A stretch of DNA of 64,000 nucleotides from Paragordius varius (taxonomy: Eukaryota > Animalia > Nematomorpha). Under the pieces are notes generated by a model. That model was not told where the DNA came from. It ran no database searches and saw only the letters and a list, made by a program, of their open reading frames with translations. Below, piece by piece: positions 1 through 12,300 of this stretch (its first letter is position 1; each line of letters opens with the position of its first letter). The position numbers and the translations under genes were made by a program. Where the stretch lies: NCBI GenBank assembly GCA_964247055.1, contig OZ176052.1, forward strand, positions 8,370,001-8,434,000, given 5' to 3'.

Positions 1-39
1 ACTATCATACTTTTTGTAAAAATACATATTCAACATTAA

Positions 40-891
<852 letters not shown>

Positions 892-2299
892 TTTTTGAGC
901 CTTATTTTTATATAGCCCATCTCCTTCAATCCATTTGATAGTCATTTTATCTATATATATTATACTGGATTTTTATACATCATATATTGTGCAACCGAGT
1001 GTGTAAATTTTAACACGGTTCGGGTGATGGTGTTTTTCTGGAAAAACACTGTTTCAATAAAAAATCTCAATATGGCGCTAAGATTAAATACCTATAGTTC
1101 CGTGTTCAAACTGCAAACTTATGCAATCGTAATATATACGTATTATTCCCACATTTTTGCATATATATAAGCAGAAGACATGAACACATACATGGATAAA
1201 AGAATATATAGTTATATGCACAATATATTTATAACTGTTTTGTACATATTTATACAATTATATATATCTATATATTAATATTTATAACTCTTTATTCTCT
1301 ACAAAAATATTTATAAAATTAATATAAAAATATACCAAAAAATATACAAAGAATCTAGATAATATAGTTTAACCTTATTGATGATGTGTTGACCTGCTTG
1401 ACAGTATGGTTTTACGAAAAAAAGTTGAATTATAAAAAAGATAGAATTGAGAGCGCCTTTTATTATTTGTATGATTTTGATTTTTTATTCTTTCATGGAT
1501 TAATTTTTTTCCAAATTATATTTCCTACATTTGCATGATTACATTTATATCAATCTATATCTTTAAGAAATATGCTTGGTTCATTTATATGCTTATATAT
1601 GTATTGGTTTAACCAATAATTACGCCTTTGTTTAAATAAGTTCCACATTTTTATTGCATATATACATTAGTTTATCCATTTATCAATTGTTTTATAATTT
1701 ATCCAAATTGTAGTGTTATTATTGCCTTATTTCTTATTCAATCTTAAGTTCACCATTTGATTCTGTAATAATAGTAAGTATACATGTATTAAATATTTTT
1801 GCGTTCGTTATCAATATACTTTTTGGCGCAGCACTCACAATTATCATTTTGTGATAAAGAATTACTAATTTTTGATGGCTAAAATATTGTGTAACCACAG
1901 TACATAAAATAGGATGGAAATAAAGGCAATATATTTGATTTATGTTTGTATCTAATAGAATTTTTTAATGGTTAAGTGATATGCAAATAATTTTTTTGTG
2001 CGAAAATAACTTAAAAATTTCTTTATAAAATCATAGAAAAATCACTATTAAATTAATAATTTTTTTAAACTTAATTTGATAGTAAACAACTCTTTTTTTT
2101 CAAACATCCGAATTTGTAAAATATTCAGTATATCCAATTTTAAATGTTTTTATAATATTGTTATATATATCGTTTTCATCAACGCTTCAACATAAAACTA
2201 AACAATATGCTTTTTTGATTAATTTATTTTAGTAATAGTTATTGTATTAAAATTTTTATCGCGCTATCTTGGATCTTTTGCGTTTATTCCAAATTTAGC

Positions 2300-3010
2300 C
2301 CATTCGAGCGAAGGTTAAAAGTATGAGACTTTTAGAGCCCACATATAAAATTAAAGTTTAATAGATATTGATTTTATAATAGAGTTTATTATGATGTATT
2401 TTGATATTTGGAAGGAAACACATAGCTCTCACCAAATAAAATTAATTTGAATAATTTTGCAACTTTTGGATATTAACCATTTCCCGCACAAGTAGTAATA
2501 GTTTTCCTATCCAACTCATGAGATAATACGAAAATCATATAGATACATTTTTTAGAATACCAGGATAATTACATTACTAATTAGTTTTTTATCAGATATT
2601 GGCAGATATCACATACGGCAAATAGCTATATTACTGGATTTTCGCTTTTTGTTGCCAATAGCTAATAATACTTTATGCTGTCTATACTATCTGGTAAATG
2701 AACAACTACTAGCAATGCAGTTTATTCATACTGTGTCTTACACAGTGTCCACAAAAAAAAACCTGATGAAATATATACATCCTGATAGGAAAATGAGAAT
2801 TATGATGGTATTTCGGTTTTGCTCTTACGAGTGAGAAGAAATTTATTGACACCTTTGTGTGGTAATAGATCCATATAAGTAAATGGTTGGTGAAATATAA
2901 TTATTTTAAAAAATATCAAATATTCCAAACTAAATATAAGTTAACGAATATTTTTATAGAATTTTTTATATAGGCTCCGAAAGTCTATGGGCTAGTTCTT
3001 TTAAAATTGC
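2300..3010. mobile_element. Two back-to-back terminal fragments of the long-TIR element family also seen at 26791-27935
   Basis: 2765 onward (CTGATGAAATATATACATCCTGATAGGAAAATGAGAATTATGATGGT) matches the end of the element at 26791. 2326-2596 resembles the same end in reverse. Boundaries are approximate. Confidence 0.5.
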
Positions 3011-4689
3011 AAAAATGCCGAGAACTTTTTTTGATGTCATCTAGCATTAAAAATTGTTATCCCAATCTTATATTAATGCATGTGTTCTTACCTAACTATC
3101 TTAGAGGGTCAAAATATGATACTTTCCTACATTCGAAAATTAAAATAACCTATAAATACTTTTTTGCTTTTTTATTGTAGTGTATGATTTATGATATTTT
3201 CAGGACCAAAGTTAACTTTCCCCATAAAAATTTATTAAGCATAATGTACAGTTACGATTTATTGATATAAACAAACTAATTACAAAAATGATATTTTTTC
3301 AAAATTCCGATTTTTTAAAAAGTGTAAAATAAAAGTATTAATTAACTTTCAACAATTTTCAGGCAAAAAATTTCTATAGACATGACATCTCATATATGTT
3401 GCGTCATGGTAAAAGCGTAATAGCTTGTGGGATGGGTAGAGAGCGTGAACTGGAACACTTGCCAACACGTATTGAACCATATTTTTTAAATTTGGCCATA
3501 GCTTATCCCTTAGTTTGACCTTAACTTTAGACTCAAATCTGACAAAGTGCGGTAATGGCTCTGAAAACATTTATCTTAACCACATAACAGTAAATTTAGT
3601 AATGAATAGATATGCATGGTGGGTCAAAAGCCTAGTTGAATTCTATATTTAAGGAAAGGTATGACCAACTATAAAATCCGAATAATACTGGAGCTATATT
3701 GCATTTGAAAAGATAACTGATATCTGAACTTTAAAGAAATTTTTAAATCGAATTTATTTATGGAAGAAATATCTGAAAAGTTGCAAATAAACAGTTAGTT
3801 AAATGCATGTTTATATGATTATCGTTTATATAGCATCGATAAATTTAAAATAAAGTTTTATTTCGGTTTTACGTAATATATATATTACAAATTAGGTATA
3901 CGTGTATTAATTGACCATAAAAAATTAACTCACTCATAGCTCCACCTCAAGAGATAAGTCTCTCATAATCAATGAGGAATGCCTTATAAGTATATATGAC
4001 CCTTAAATTAAAGTATAAATTATGATTTATGTCAAAATGCATTTTCGAGTCGAGAAAAAAATTGCAAGTAGTTGTAAATTAATTTTTAATGCATCGATTT
4101 TGATATCATTAAAACATTTAAGTAAATAAAAATATTATTACGTTTTCATTCAAGTTCATGCATTAATGAAAAAATATTTTATACTTAAAAACTTGGCTCC
4201 TCTAATCTTGGGGTGATAACCCTAACCTTCCCCTATTACTCTATTAATGTGGTTCAATATATTCTCCAAAAATATTCAGAGCGTTTTCGGCCCGGTCTCC
4301 TTTATAGGGGACCAAAAATGAAAGGATGGACAACGATCTACTGTATTATAAGAGATACAATACCATAATTCCTCCCTCTCTATGGAGGTAAATATAATTA
4401 AAATGACAACATTTCATTAACATAAAAAGGAATATCTAAAAAACAAATCATATGTTCATAATTTTATTGATGTTTCAAGTAGAAGGGATCACTCATTTTA
4501 AAATATTTTTGGTGGAAAATTGAAATTGTTACATGGCACACACTCCAAATTTTCAAATCTAAAAAGGTAAGAGAGTCATATAATAGTTCACTATTAGGTA
4601 ATACTATTTTTACGACATCATTTATTTGGATAGGATGCATGAAAAGTAGATTAATGCCATAAATCATTGTATGTAGGGAAGGGTCAGGA

Positions 4690-6290
4690 CTCCAGATTCG
4701 GAGTTTTGTGGCCACAAGTAATTCCCGCCATAACTTACGATCTTTACATTGTTTTGTTGTAAGGCTACATTGATTCAAGTCCATTTTTATTGTATCATTA
4801 TAAGAAAAGAGTGGTCGTCTCTTTTTTCTTTTGCCATCAACATTCATGTTTTCAAAAGTTTTTGAAGGGTGGGTGGCGTTTCTTCCATGAGTATGACCGT
4901 AGAGACGCAATCTATTAGTTTGGATGAAATAATCGATTTTATCGGTAATAAAAGATGGTATTTCTGATGTGCGAAAGCAGCTTTTGAATATTCGGCTCTT
5001 ACTAGTTATTTGATTAGTTTTGTTTAATGCCCAAGTTTCAGAACCATAGGTAAGAGCTGGTCTTATTCCTGCATTGTAAAGATACCATTTATTATTATTG
5101 TTAACGTTTTTGTTTTGTAAAAAATATTTTAACTGATTATATTTTATACAACCTTGTTGTATTCTTCTTTTAATAGCCTTTTGTAGGCTGCCCTGAGATG
5201 ATATGATATCTCCTAGGTAAACAAAAGAATCTACCAATTCGACATTATGACCGTCAATGTTAAATAAATTTATCGGATGAGAATTATTATTACTGGGGTT
5301 TAAACAATTTAAACATGTAAAATTTATTGCATTTGTTAACTTGTCCTTTACTTTGTGTACACACATTTAACATGATATGCTTTTAATTCGAACGTACTTC
5401 TTTCCTGCAAATGGAGCAGGGATATCTGGGTGTTTCACTTTAACTATTCATCATATTGTTTTTTCCGGGTTTATAACCATTCCATATTGCTCTAGGCATT
5501 TTTTCCACTTAGTAAGATTATTTACAAGTTAATCCGATGATCGCGTCGTTATAACGAGGTCGTCGGCGAATAACATTTCCCAAGGGTATAGGTTCTTATA
5601 TCTTGTTGCCGCATCTATTATAGTAATGAAGGGAGTAGGCTTAGGACTGAACCTTGATGCAGTCCAGCGTTGGTTGGGAAGTTGCTTGTATTGCCGATAT
5701 TGGTTCTAGTGTTGGTTGTTGTAAATTTATAAAGTAGTAATATGATTTGTATAGTATGTTCCTCTATTCCGTTTTTACGCAGTGCCCATTGAATTGTGGA
5801 ACGTGGTATTTGATCAAACGCACGTTCCAGATCTACAAAGACATGGTATAGCTTTTGTTTCTTTTACAGATACTTTTCTAATAAGCTGAGCACAAACAAG
5901 GGATCTATTGTGCTACTGTTTGGACGAAATGCAAACTGATTCGAATCAATGTTTATATGTTTTCTAAACCTGTTTTCTAATATAATTTCTAATAATTTAA
6001 GTGTATGTTCCGGCAGTTTCAGAGGTCTGTAGGACGATGTTTTTAGTCGATCGCCTTTATTTTTATAAATGTTATGATGTTCTTTTAATCGCTGAAAGTT
6101 TGGTTTGTAATTATTATTTGGTTAAAGAGTTTGGTCAGATACTCTGCAGTATCTTTGATGGATCGGATGAGGTCGACTGAAAGGCTGCTTGGACCTGGAG
6201 CTTTGTTGTTTTTTAATTTTTTGATTGTAGTTGTGACTTCATCTATGGTGATTTCTTGTATGGGACACTGGTGTAACCGTGCTAATTGGT
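4690..6290 (-). mobile_element. 5'-truncated, decayed RTE-clade non-LTR retrotransposon (reverse transcriptase and C-terminal region)
   Basis: Minus-strand translation gives KKLKNNKAPGP, YRPLKL, QFAFRP, VFVDLERAFDQIPR, GLHQGSVLS, LFADD (5559-5570), VDSFVYLGD, IRPALTYGSETW and RLRLYGH. It contains several stops and frameshifts. Confidence 0.92.
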
Positions 6291-6639
6291 CGGATTTACT
6301 TGGTTAAGTTGTTTTTCTATTTATTTTCCAAATTTCTTTGACTTCCGAGGGATTTGTTATTATATTTTATTTATCATCCTTAATACATTTTATGGTTTTA
6401 ACGTTTTTAGTACTATTACCAGCGTAAATCTCGGGCTGATACGCCTCCCGAGGAAGTACTTCGGACTTTTTGGGGGAAGCTATTTGAAAAAAGATATCAA
6501 CAAATGTGTGATCCATATATGTGGATTAATTCGAAACATAATTTAATAGTTATGATAATAAGATTTTCAAAACGGGGCTTCATAGAATTTTCAAAACTCT
6601 GCAATCATACTAATATATTGTTTACTGGTGTGAAGGCTA

Positions 6640-8070
6640 TTGAACTCGTATGGCTTCTTAAGTTTGAAAATTAGCTCCAGGACCACGCCATTTTTGCATG
6701 GCGTCTCAGTTTTAAACCGGTAGACCCCTACCCATAGACCTATATGAAAAATCGCTAAGCTAATTTCTTTTCCTTTATAAGGCAAATATTTGGAATCATC
6801 TTTGATACCATCGTCTCATGAGTTATTCGAAAAAATACCTCAATACTAAATAATCGTTAAATGATGGCGTATTTTTAGGTCAATAAAAAACACCTGACCT
6901 TAATTTTTACCTAGTTACTGGTAATGTTTGAGGCTTTTAATGAGCTCATATGGCTTCATAAACTTTCTGTAAATTAGCTCCAAACAAAGAAATTTCTATA
7001 TAGTGGCGCAGGCGGGTATCTCCTTACGCACTGGTAGGTATAAAAAAAGCTTTGGGCAAAATTTTTGCCTTTATATGGGGAATATCTGGAATTATCATGG
7101 ATTCCATATGTTCCTATAAGTTCTTGGAAATAGTGCTACAAAATTAAAAAAATTTTCTATGGCGGCGCATTTTTCAGGGCATTAAACTTTACTTAGCGAC
7201 TCATTAAAATAACCTCATATACTAAAAAATTTGTTTTTTAAGGGGTAAAAAATATTTTAGGCCCTCATTAAACTCACATAGTCTCATAGGTTTTCTAATA
7301 TTTGGCTCCAAAGGCATGCTCTATCGATATGGTGACGCAGTTTTACATGGGTAGCCCCCTAACTAGGGTAAAACAAAAAAAACGCTGGATTAAATTTTTG
7401 CCTTAATTAGGATAATACCTGGAATCATGATTGATTCCAGATGCTCTCGTGTGGGATTTTCGAAAAATTGTTTCAAACCCAAAAAGTCATTCTATGGTGG
7501 CGCATTTTTCTGGGCAAGGGCCTAATTATTTTTTAAAACCGCTCTACTTAAATTTTTGCCTTTTTACGGGCAATATTTTAAGCCCTTATTAAACTCATAT
7601 GGCCTGATAAGTTTTCTAAAATTTGCCTCCAAAGTCACGCTGTATCGATATGGTGGCGCACTTTTAGGCGGGTAGCCCCCTATCCAGAGGCTGATACAAA
7701 AAAGCACTTGATTAAAATTATTGCCTTTTTATGGAGAATACCTGGAATCATGATTGATTCCATATGCTCTCATTAGTTTTTGGAAAAAATGCCTCAAAAC
7801 TGAAAAATCATTCTATGGTGGCGCATTTTTCAGGGAGTGAGGGGCCCAATTAACGGCTAATTTTAAAAAACCGCACGACCTAAATTTTTGCTTTGTTAAG
7901 ATTGAACTCATATGGCCTGATAGTTTTTCTGAAATTTAGCCCCAAAGGCACGCTATTTCGATATGACGGGGCTGTTTTTAGCGGGCATCTGTTTACCCAG
8001 CAGCCAATATAAAAAAACGCACGACTAAAATTTTTGCCTTTGAACAGGAAACACCTGGAATTCTCATCGA
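6640..8070. repeat. Diverged tandem array of about 4.5 units, period ~300-330 bp
   Basis: The marker AACTCATATGGCCTGATA and its variants recur at ~6643, 6942, 7271, 7592 and 7903. The better-preserved units carry two ATGGTGGCGCA and two AAATTTTTGCCTT motifs. A GGAATCA-TGAT-TGATTCC hairpin occurs at 7421-7438 and 7744-7761. Confidence 0.85.
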
Positions 8071-8346
8071 ATTTTTACGGTCTCATACCTTGGACAAAAA
8101 ATAGATTTAAAAAATTATTTTTGTGGGCTTGTTTTTTGAAAAAAATGACATTTAACGAAAGGAGCGGGTAAAAAGAGGGCAAGCGTCCCGACTGTGATCG
8201 GCACAATCGATAAAAAGTAAAAAAAAAATATTTGAAATTGAATAGTCCAACACGTTTTCCGAAAAATTGTTTCAAAGACACGATTTTCGTGGACTTATGT
8301 TTTCAAAAAACCCGTTTTTTAGGGTGGACCCGAACGGGAAGCCTAG
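6640..8346 (+). mobile_element. Putative non-autonomous Helitron containing the tandem array; 5' end not located
   Basis: A GC-rich hairpin (CCCG-AA-CGGG) is followed 4 nt later by CTAG (8343-8346) and then T, which is the canonical Helitron 3' terminus. No Rep/helicase ORF was seen. Confidence 0.4.
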
Positions 8347-8492
8347 TTCAAAAAAAGTGCGAAGTTATTGTCGGGGCGTTCATTAATGATTATATTTTTT
8401 CGACATTGGGATTTGAATGGGTTTACCAGTTTTCTGGAAACAGATCACAAAGCCAGCATTTTCCATTTTTATAAAAATATAGATTAAGGTTT

Positions 8493-8496
<4 letters not shown>

Positions 8497-8527
<31 letters not shown>
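8497..8527. repeat. (AT)n microsatellite; similar tracts at ~28740-28763, 31793-31821, 40783-40812 and 45284-45308
   Basis: Visible directly in the sequence. Confidence 0.9.
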
Positions 8528-8529
<2 letters not shown>

Positions 8530-9380
8530 ATGGTTTGCTTTTTAAAATCTTTTTCTAAACTATCGGCAATTTTAACAGATTTTTCTTTGAAGGCGCGTCG
8601 AAAGGCCTTTTGAACATGTTGTTCCTAATTACGATTTTTTATAATTAAAAAAGCACACAATTTTTGGAGTTTCGAAAGATTAAATTGAAATTGGAGACAA
8701 TATTTATTTTTAGTCAAAATCCTTAAAAACCATAATCGATAATTAAAAATATTTATTAATAATAATTTCAATTAATTATATAATGCAGATAATGGTATAA
8801 TTTATAGACAAAAACAAATAATTGCGCAAATAAGTTACCATTATAAATAATTTTGTAGTATTGAAGGTTGCATTATTTGATAATCTAAAAAATATAAAAA
8901 TATGGTAGATAATATAGTTTTAAATAGTTTTTTTACAATAATATTCTTATTTAGATTTTTTGGTATAAAACTAAATATAAAACTAATCCTTTAAAATCGA
9001 ATATATTAGACGCAACATAAAAATAATGCCAATGGCCCAATGGCGATAAAAAATTAGAATAAATAATTTATTAGCAATAGAATATTAAATCAAATTGTTT
9101 TATTTTGATTTACAAATAAATATGTGACAAATAAAATTTAATTCAGTATTAATGCTTTTTTTGCATTGAGTATGTATGTCCTTTGAGTTATAAATATAAA
9201 AATGTGATAATATTTGCAATTTAAGAGATTGTGTTTAAGTTTTTTTGATAAATGATTAAAAATTGTGAAACATATTTAATGACAGTTACTAATGAAAGGC
9301 ATGTAAAAAATTAAAAAGAATTAATTAACCGTTTAAAGACATGCATAAAAAGGTTTATTGTTTAAAAATAATTTTGATAA

Positions 9381-12300
9381 CTATACCTTCGTAACGTATC
9401 CAGCAGCGACAGAATGACCAGAATACCTGAGTGTAAACCTACTAAGTTCTTTTATACCACCCATAATATTATCTGTATTAGTGATAGATTTGTCATTAAT
9501 ATTCGTTTGTTGAGCATTATTGGGTGATGTTGTAAAGGCTTCGATTGCAATAGGGCGATTAAATGTGATATGACAAAGCCCACTATCACCACGAGAAAAA
9601 ACACGAGGTTTCTTGAGCTTATTCCCCTACAATAGATAAATGTAAAAATTATTTTAAATGTTCAATTTACTTTTTACTGAAAAATCAGGTCAAATAATTT
9701 AATTGCCTGTTATAAAATTATGCTATTATATATACACCTAATAAGAACTAGGTAAAACTATTATAACCTGAAAAATAAATTATATAACAAGAGTTTTACA
9801 AAAATATGTGATAACAAAAATGAAGTATCAATTTACAATATTTTACGAATATTATTAACGAGTACTTCGGAATCATGGGTCAATAGTGCACCAGTAGATT
9901 TGTCGATGAGTCCAATCAGTTTGGATATAAAACATGGTTCCGAAAATGCCATATAATGGAAGACTGCCTAAAGTATTAATACAGTTATATTTTGTTTTCA
10001 AATTAAAACACAAAATTAAACTCCGAAAAAACCATTAATATTCACACACCTGAAAACCGAGTGTAATGGGCTGAAATGAGGAACTATTGGTAAAAGAATT
10101 AAGTGTATTGTAATCAGTATTGTAGCTAGCGTTTTGCACTTTAGAATAGACATTAGCACCTAAACCACCACTCAACGGACTATTGTTTGATAAAGAAGGT
10201 GATGAACTAAAATCGAGATCAAAAATCAGTATTTTAGCTTCAATCACGCTGGCGCAATGGATGGGCCATTCCAGAGGACATAAAACTTGACCTAAGCCAC
10301 TAACTGTCCCTCCAACACTGCTAAGCTTGGGCAAAAAATCAGGACTTGTATTAACGACAAGTGTAACTTGATCCCCAGCTATAGCGGTTGTTACATTGCT
10401 GCTATCTGCAACCAGTGCTGATGAATCAGGATGATCATGATAGTCATGCTTTATAGCTAAAAAAGAGAGGGAGAAAGAGAGTAAAAAATATCTATGGTTA
10501 AAATGACTGGTACTCAAACCCAAATCCACGGGCCGCATGTGGCCTTAGATAGGCCTTTTATGGCCATCAACTGTTTATTAATCTTTGAAATTACTTTTTT
10601 GGAGTAAAAACGTCTGTAAATGTATTAAACCGCTATGAAATATTTATTGGTATGATATGAAGCGCGGTCCTTGACACAAAATAAATATTTTTTTGACCCT
10701 AAATGGTTAGTACCACTGGTTTATAACAACAGTGTGTTTTAAAAATAAATTTTAAATGGACCGACATATTGTGGACTGTATACAAAGGCTTTTATAATAT
10801 CTTAAGGTGCTTTTACGATAAAAATATATTATATTGGATTATATATATAAAAAAACTAAATTTCTTAAATGTGAATTAAATAATTACGTTTGAATATTTA
10901 AGTAGTGATACAAATGAGTATGTAATTTATTATATGATTTTTTAATACAAAATAATTTTCTTCAGGAAATATAAGAAAAATAAAAAATTTTTAAATTTTC
11001 TACCCATGTGCCATTATAATTAATTATATTTCTGAAAAATTCCTATAATAAATTATTCTTATCATATACATAAAAATTAACCTTTGATGGTTACAATTTC
11101 ATTGACCGGAAAAATTATAAATTTTTCTTTGGCCAAACTTCGTGGATCTCCAATATACCCTGTAGAAAAGAACAATTAAAACAAAAAAACAAAAATATTT
11201 TTTAAATTAAAAATAAACCAGTTTCAATCTTTCCTGTTAAACATACACCGGCTCCTATTGGGGATTTGTAATAATCGGTAATAATAAAACGGAGAGGATA
11301 TGAAGTAGGCTTTTTGGGCAGTTGAAGTTCTTCTGTTTATATAAAATATGATATAATCAAACCTAAGTTCTATTATTATAGAGTATCCTTAATATTTTTA
11401 ACGAGTGAAAATTACATTGATTACATGTTAAACTAGGGGTGTCCAGCACAAATGGCTTCGCGGCGGGCCGCATTCGGAATATAAATGGGCATTCATAAAT
11501 AATTTATTAGATTCTAAAAATACTGTTAATTGCAACATGATATACCAATATTTTTGAGTTCGTTGTCAATTAAATCGATTTATTAAGAAAATTTATTTAG
11601 TAAATATCAATTTTGCTAAAATTTTGTCAGCACATTTTGCAGTTTATGGATTTTCGAAATTTTCGCGGGCCGCACATAATGTCCAGGAAGGCTGCATGTT
11701 GGACACCCCTGTGTTAAACCAATAAAATTCTCACCTAATGCATTTAATAGCGTTCCATATTGTGATATCCAACTGTTCGTTTGCAAATTTTCCTTATCAA
11801 GAGCGGTGAGCCCAGATAAATTTATTCCAAGTAAACCGCTAACTGGCACAAAACGACAGTTTTTATCCTTAAAACCAATGTGAAGAAGAAAATTCATAAT
11901 TTCTTTCTGTATCGATTTAAAGCGATCAAAGGACCACGAGACAGTATCCATCTTGTTAATGGCAATGATTAATTGATTAACGCCTATACAATAAAAAAAG
12001 TTTGCAAAACTATTAAATAAATATAGTTTTTATTAAGCTGTGCAAATCGGTGTAAGCCTGGAATTGAAAAATTTAAATTAAAAATAAACATGTCACAAAA
12101 TGCGCACCATTAAAACATTATACAAATATATGTTGATATACCGTTAAACAAACTGTAGAATCCCATATATTGTTTTATATTTAATTATTCATACTAATCA
12201 TAAAATATGTTTGTTATATTAAAATATATATATAATCGAAAAAAATTTGTTGGAAAAATTGATGTTTATGCAAAAAACTTCGTAATGTAACCAACGTATA

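Noticed and set aside
3349-3720. GC-richer stretch with short ORFs on both strands
   Set aside because: There is no recognisable motif in any frame and no convincing splice structure. It is probably decayed TE sequence, but I cannot support a call.
4220-4232. AACCCTAACC telomere-like motif
   Set aside because: It is under two units, as expected by chance.
8075-8474. Overlapping ORFs 8075-8281 and 8232-8474
   Set aside because: They lie in repeat-derived DNA and are rich in F/K/L codons from AT runs, with no domain.
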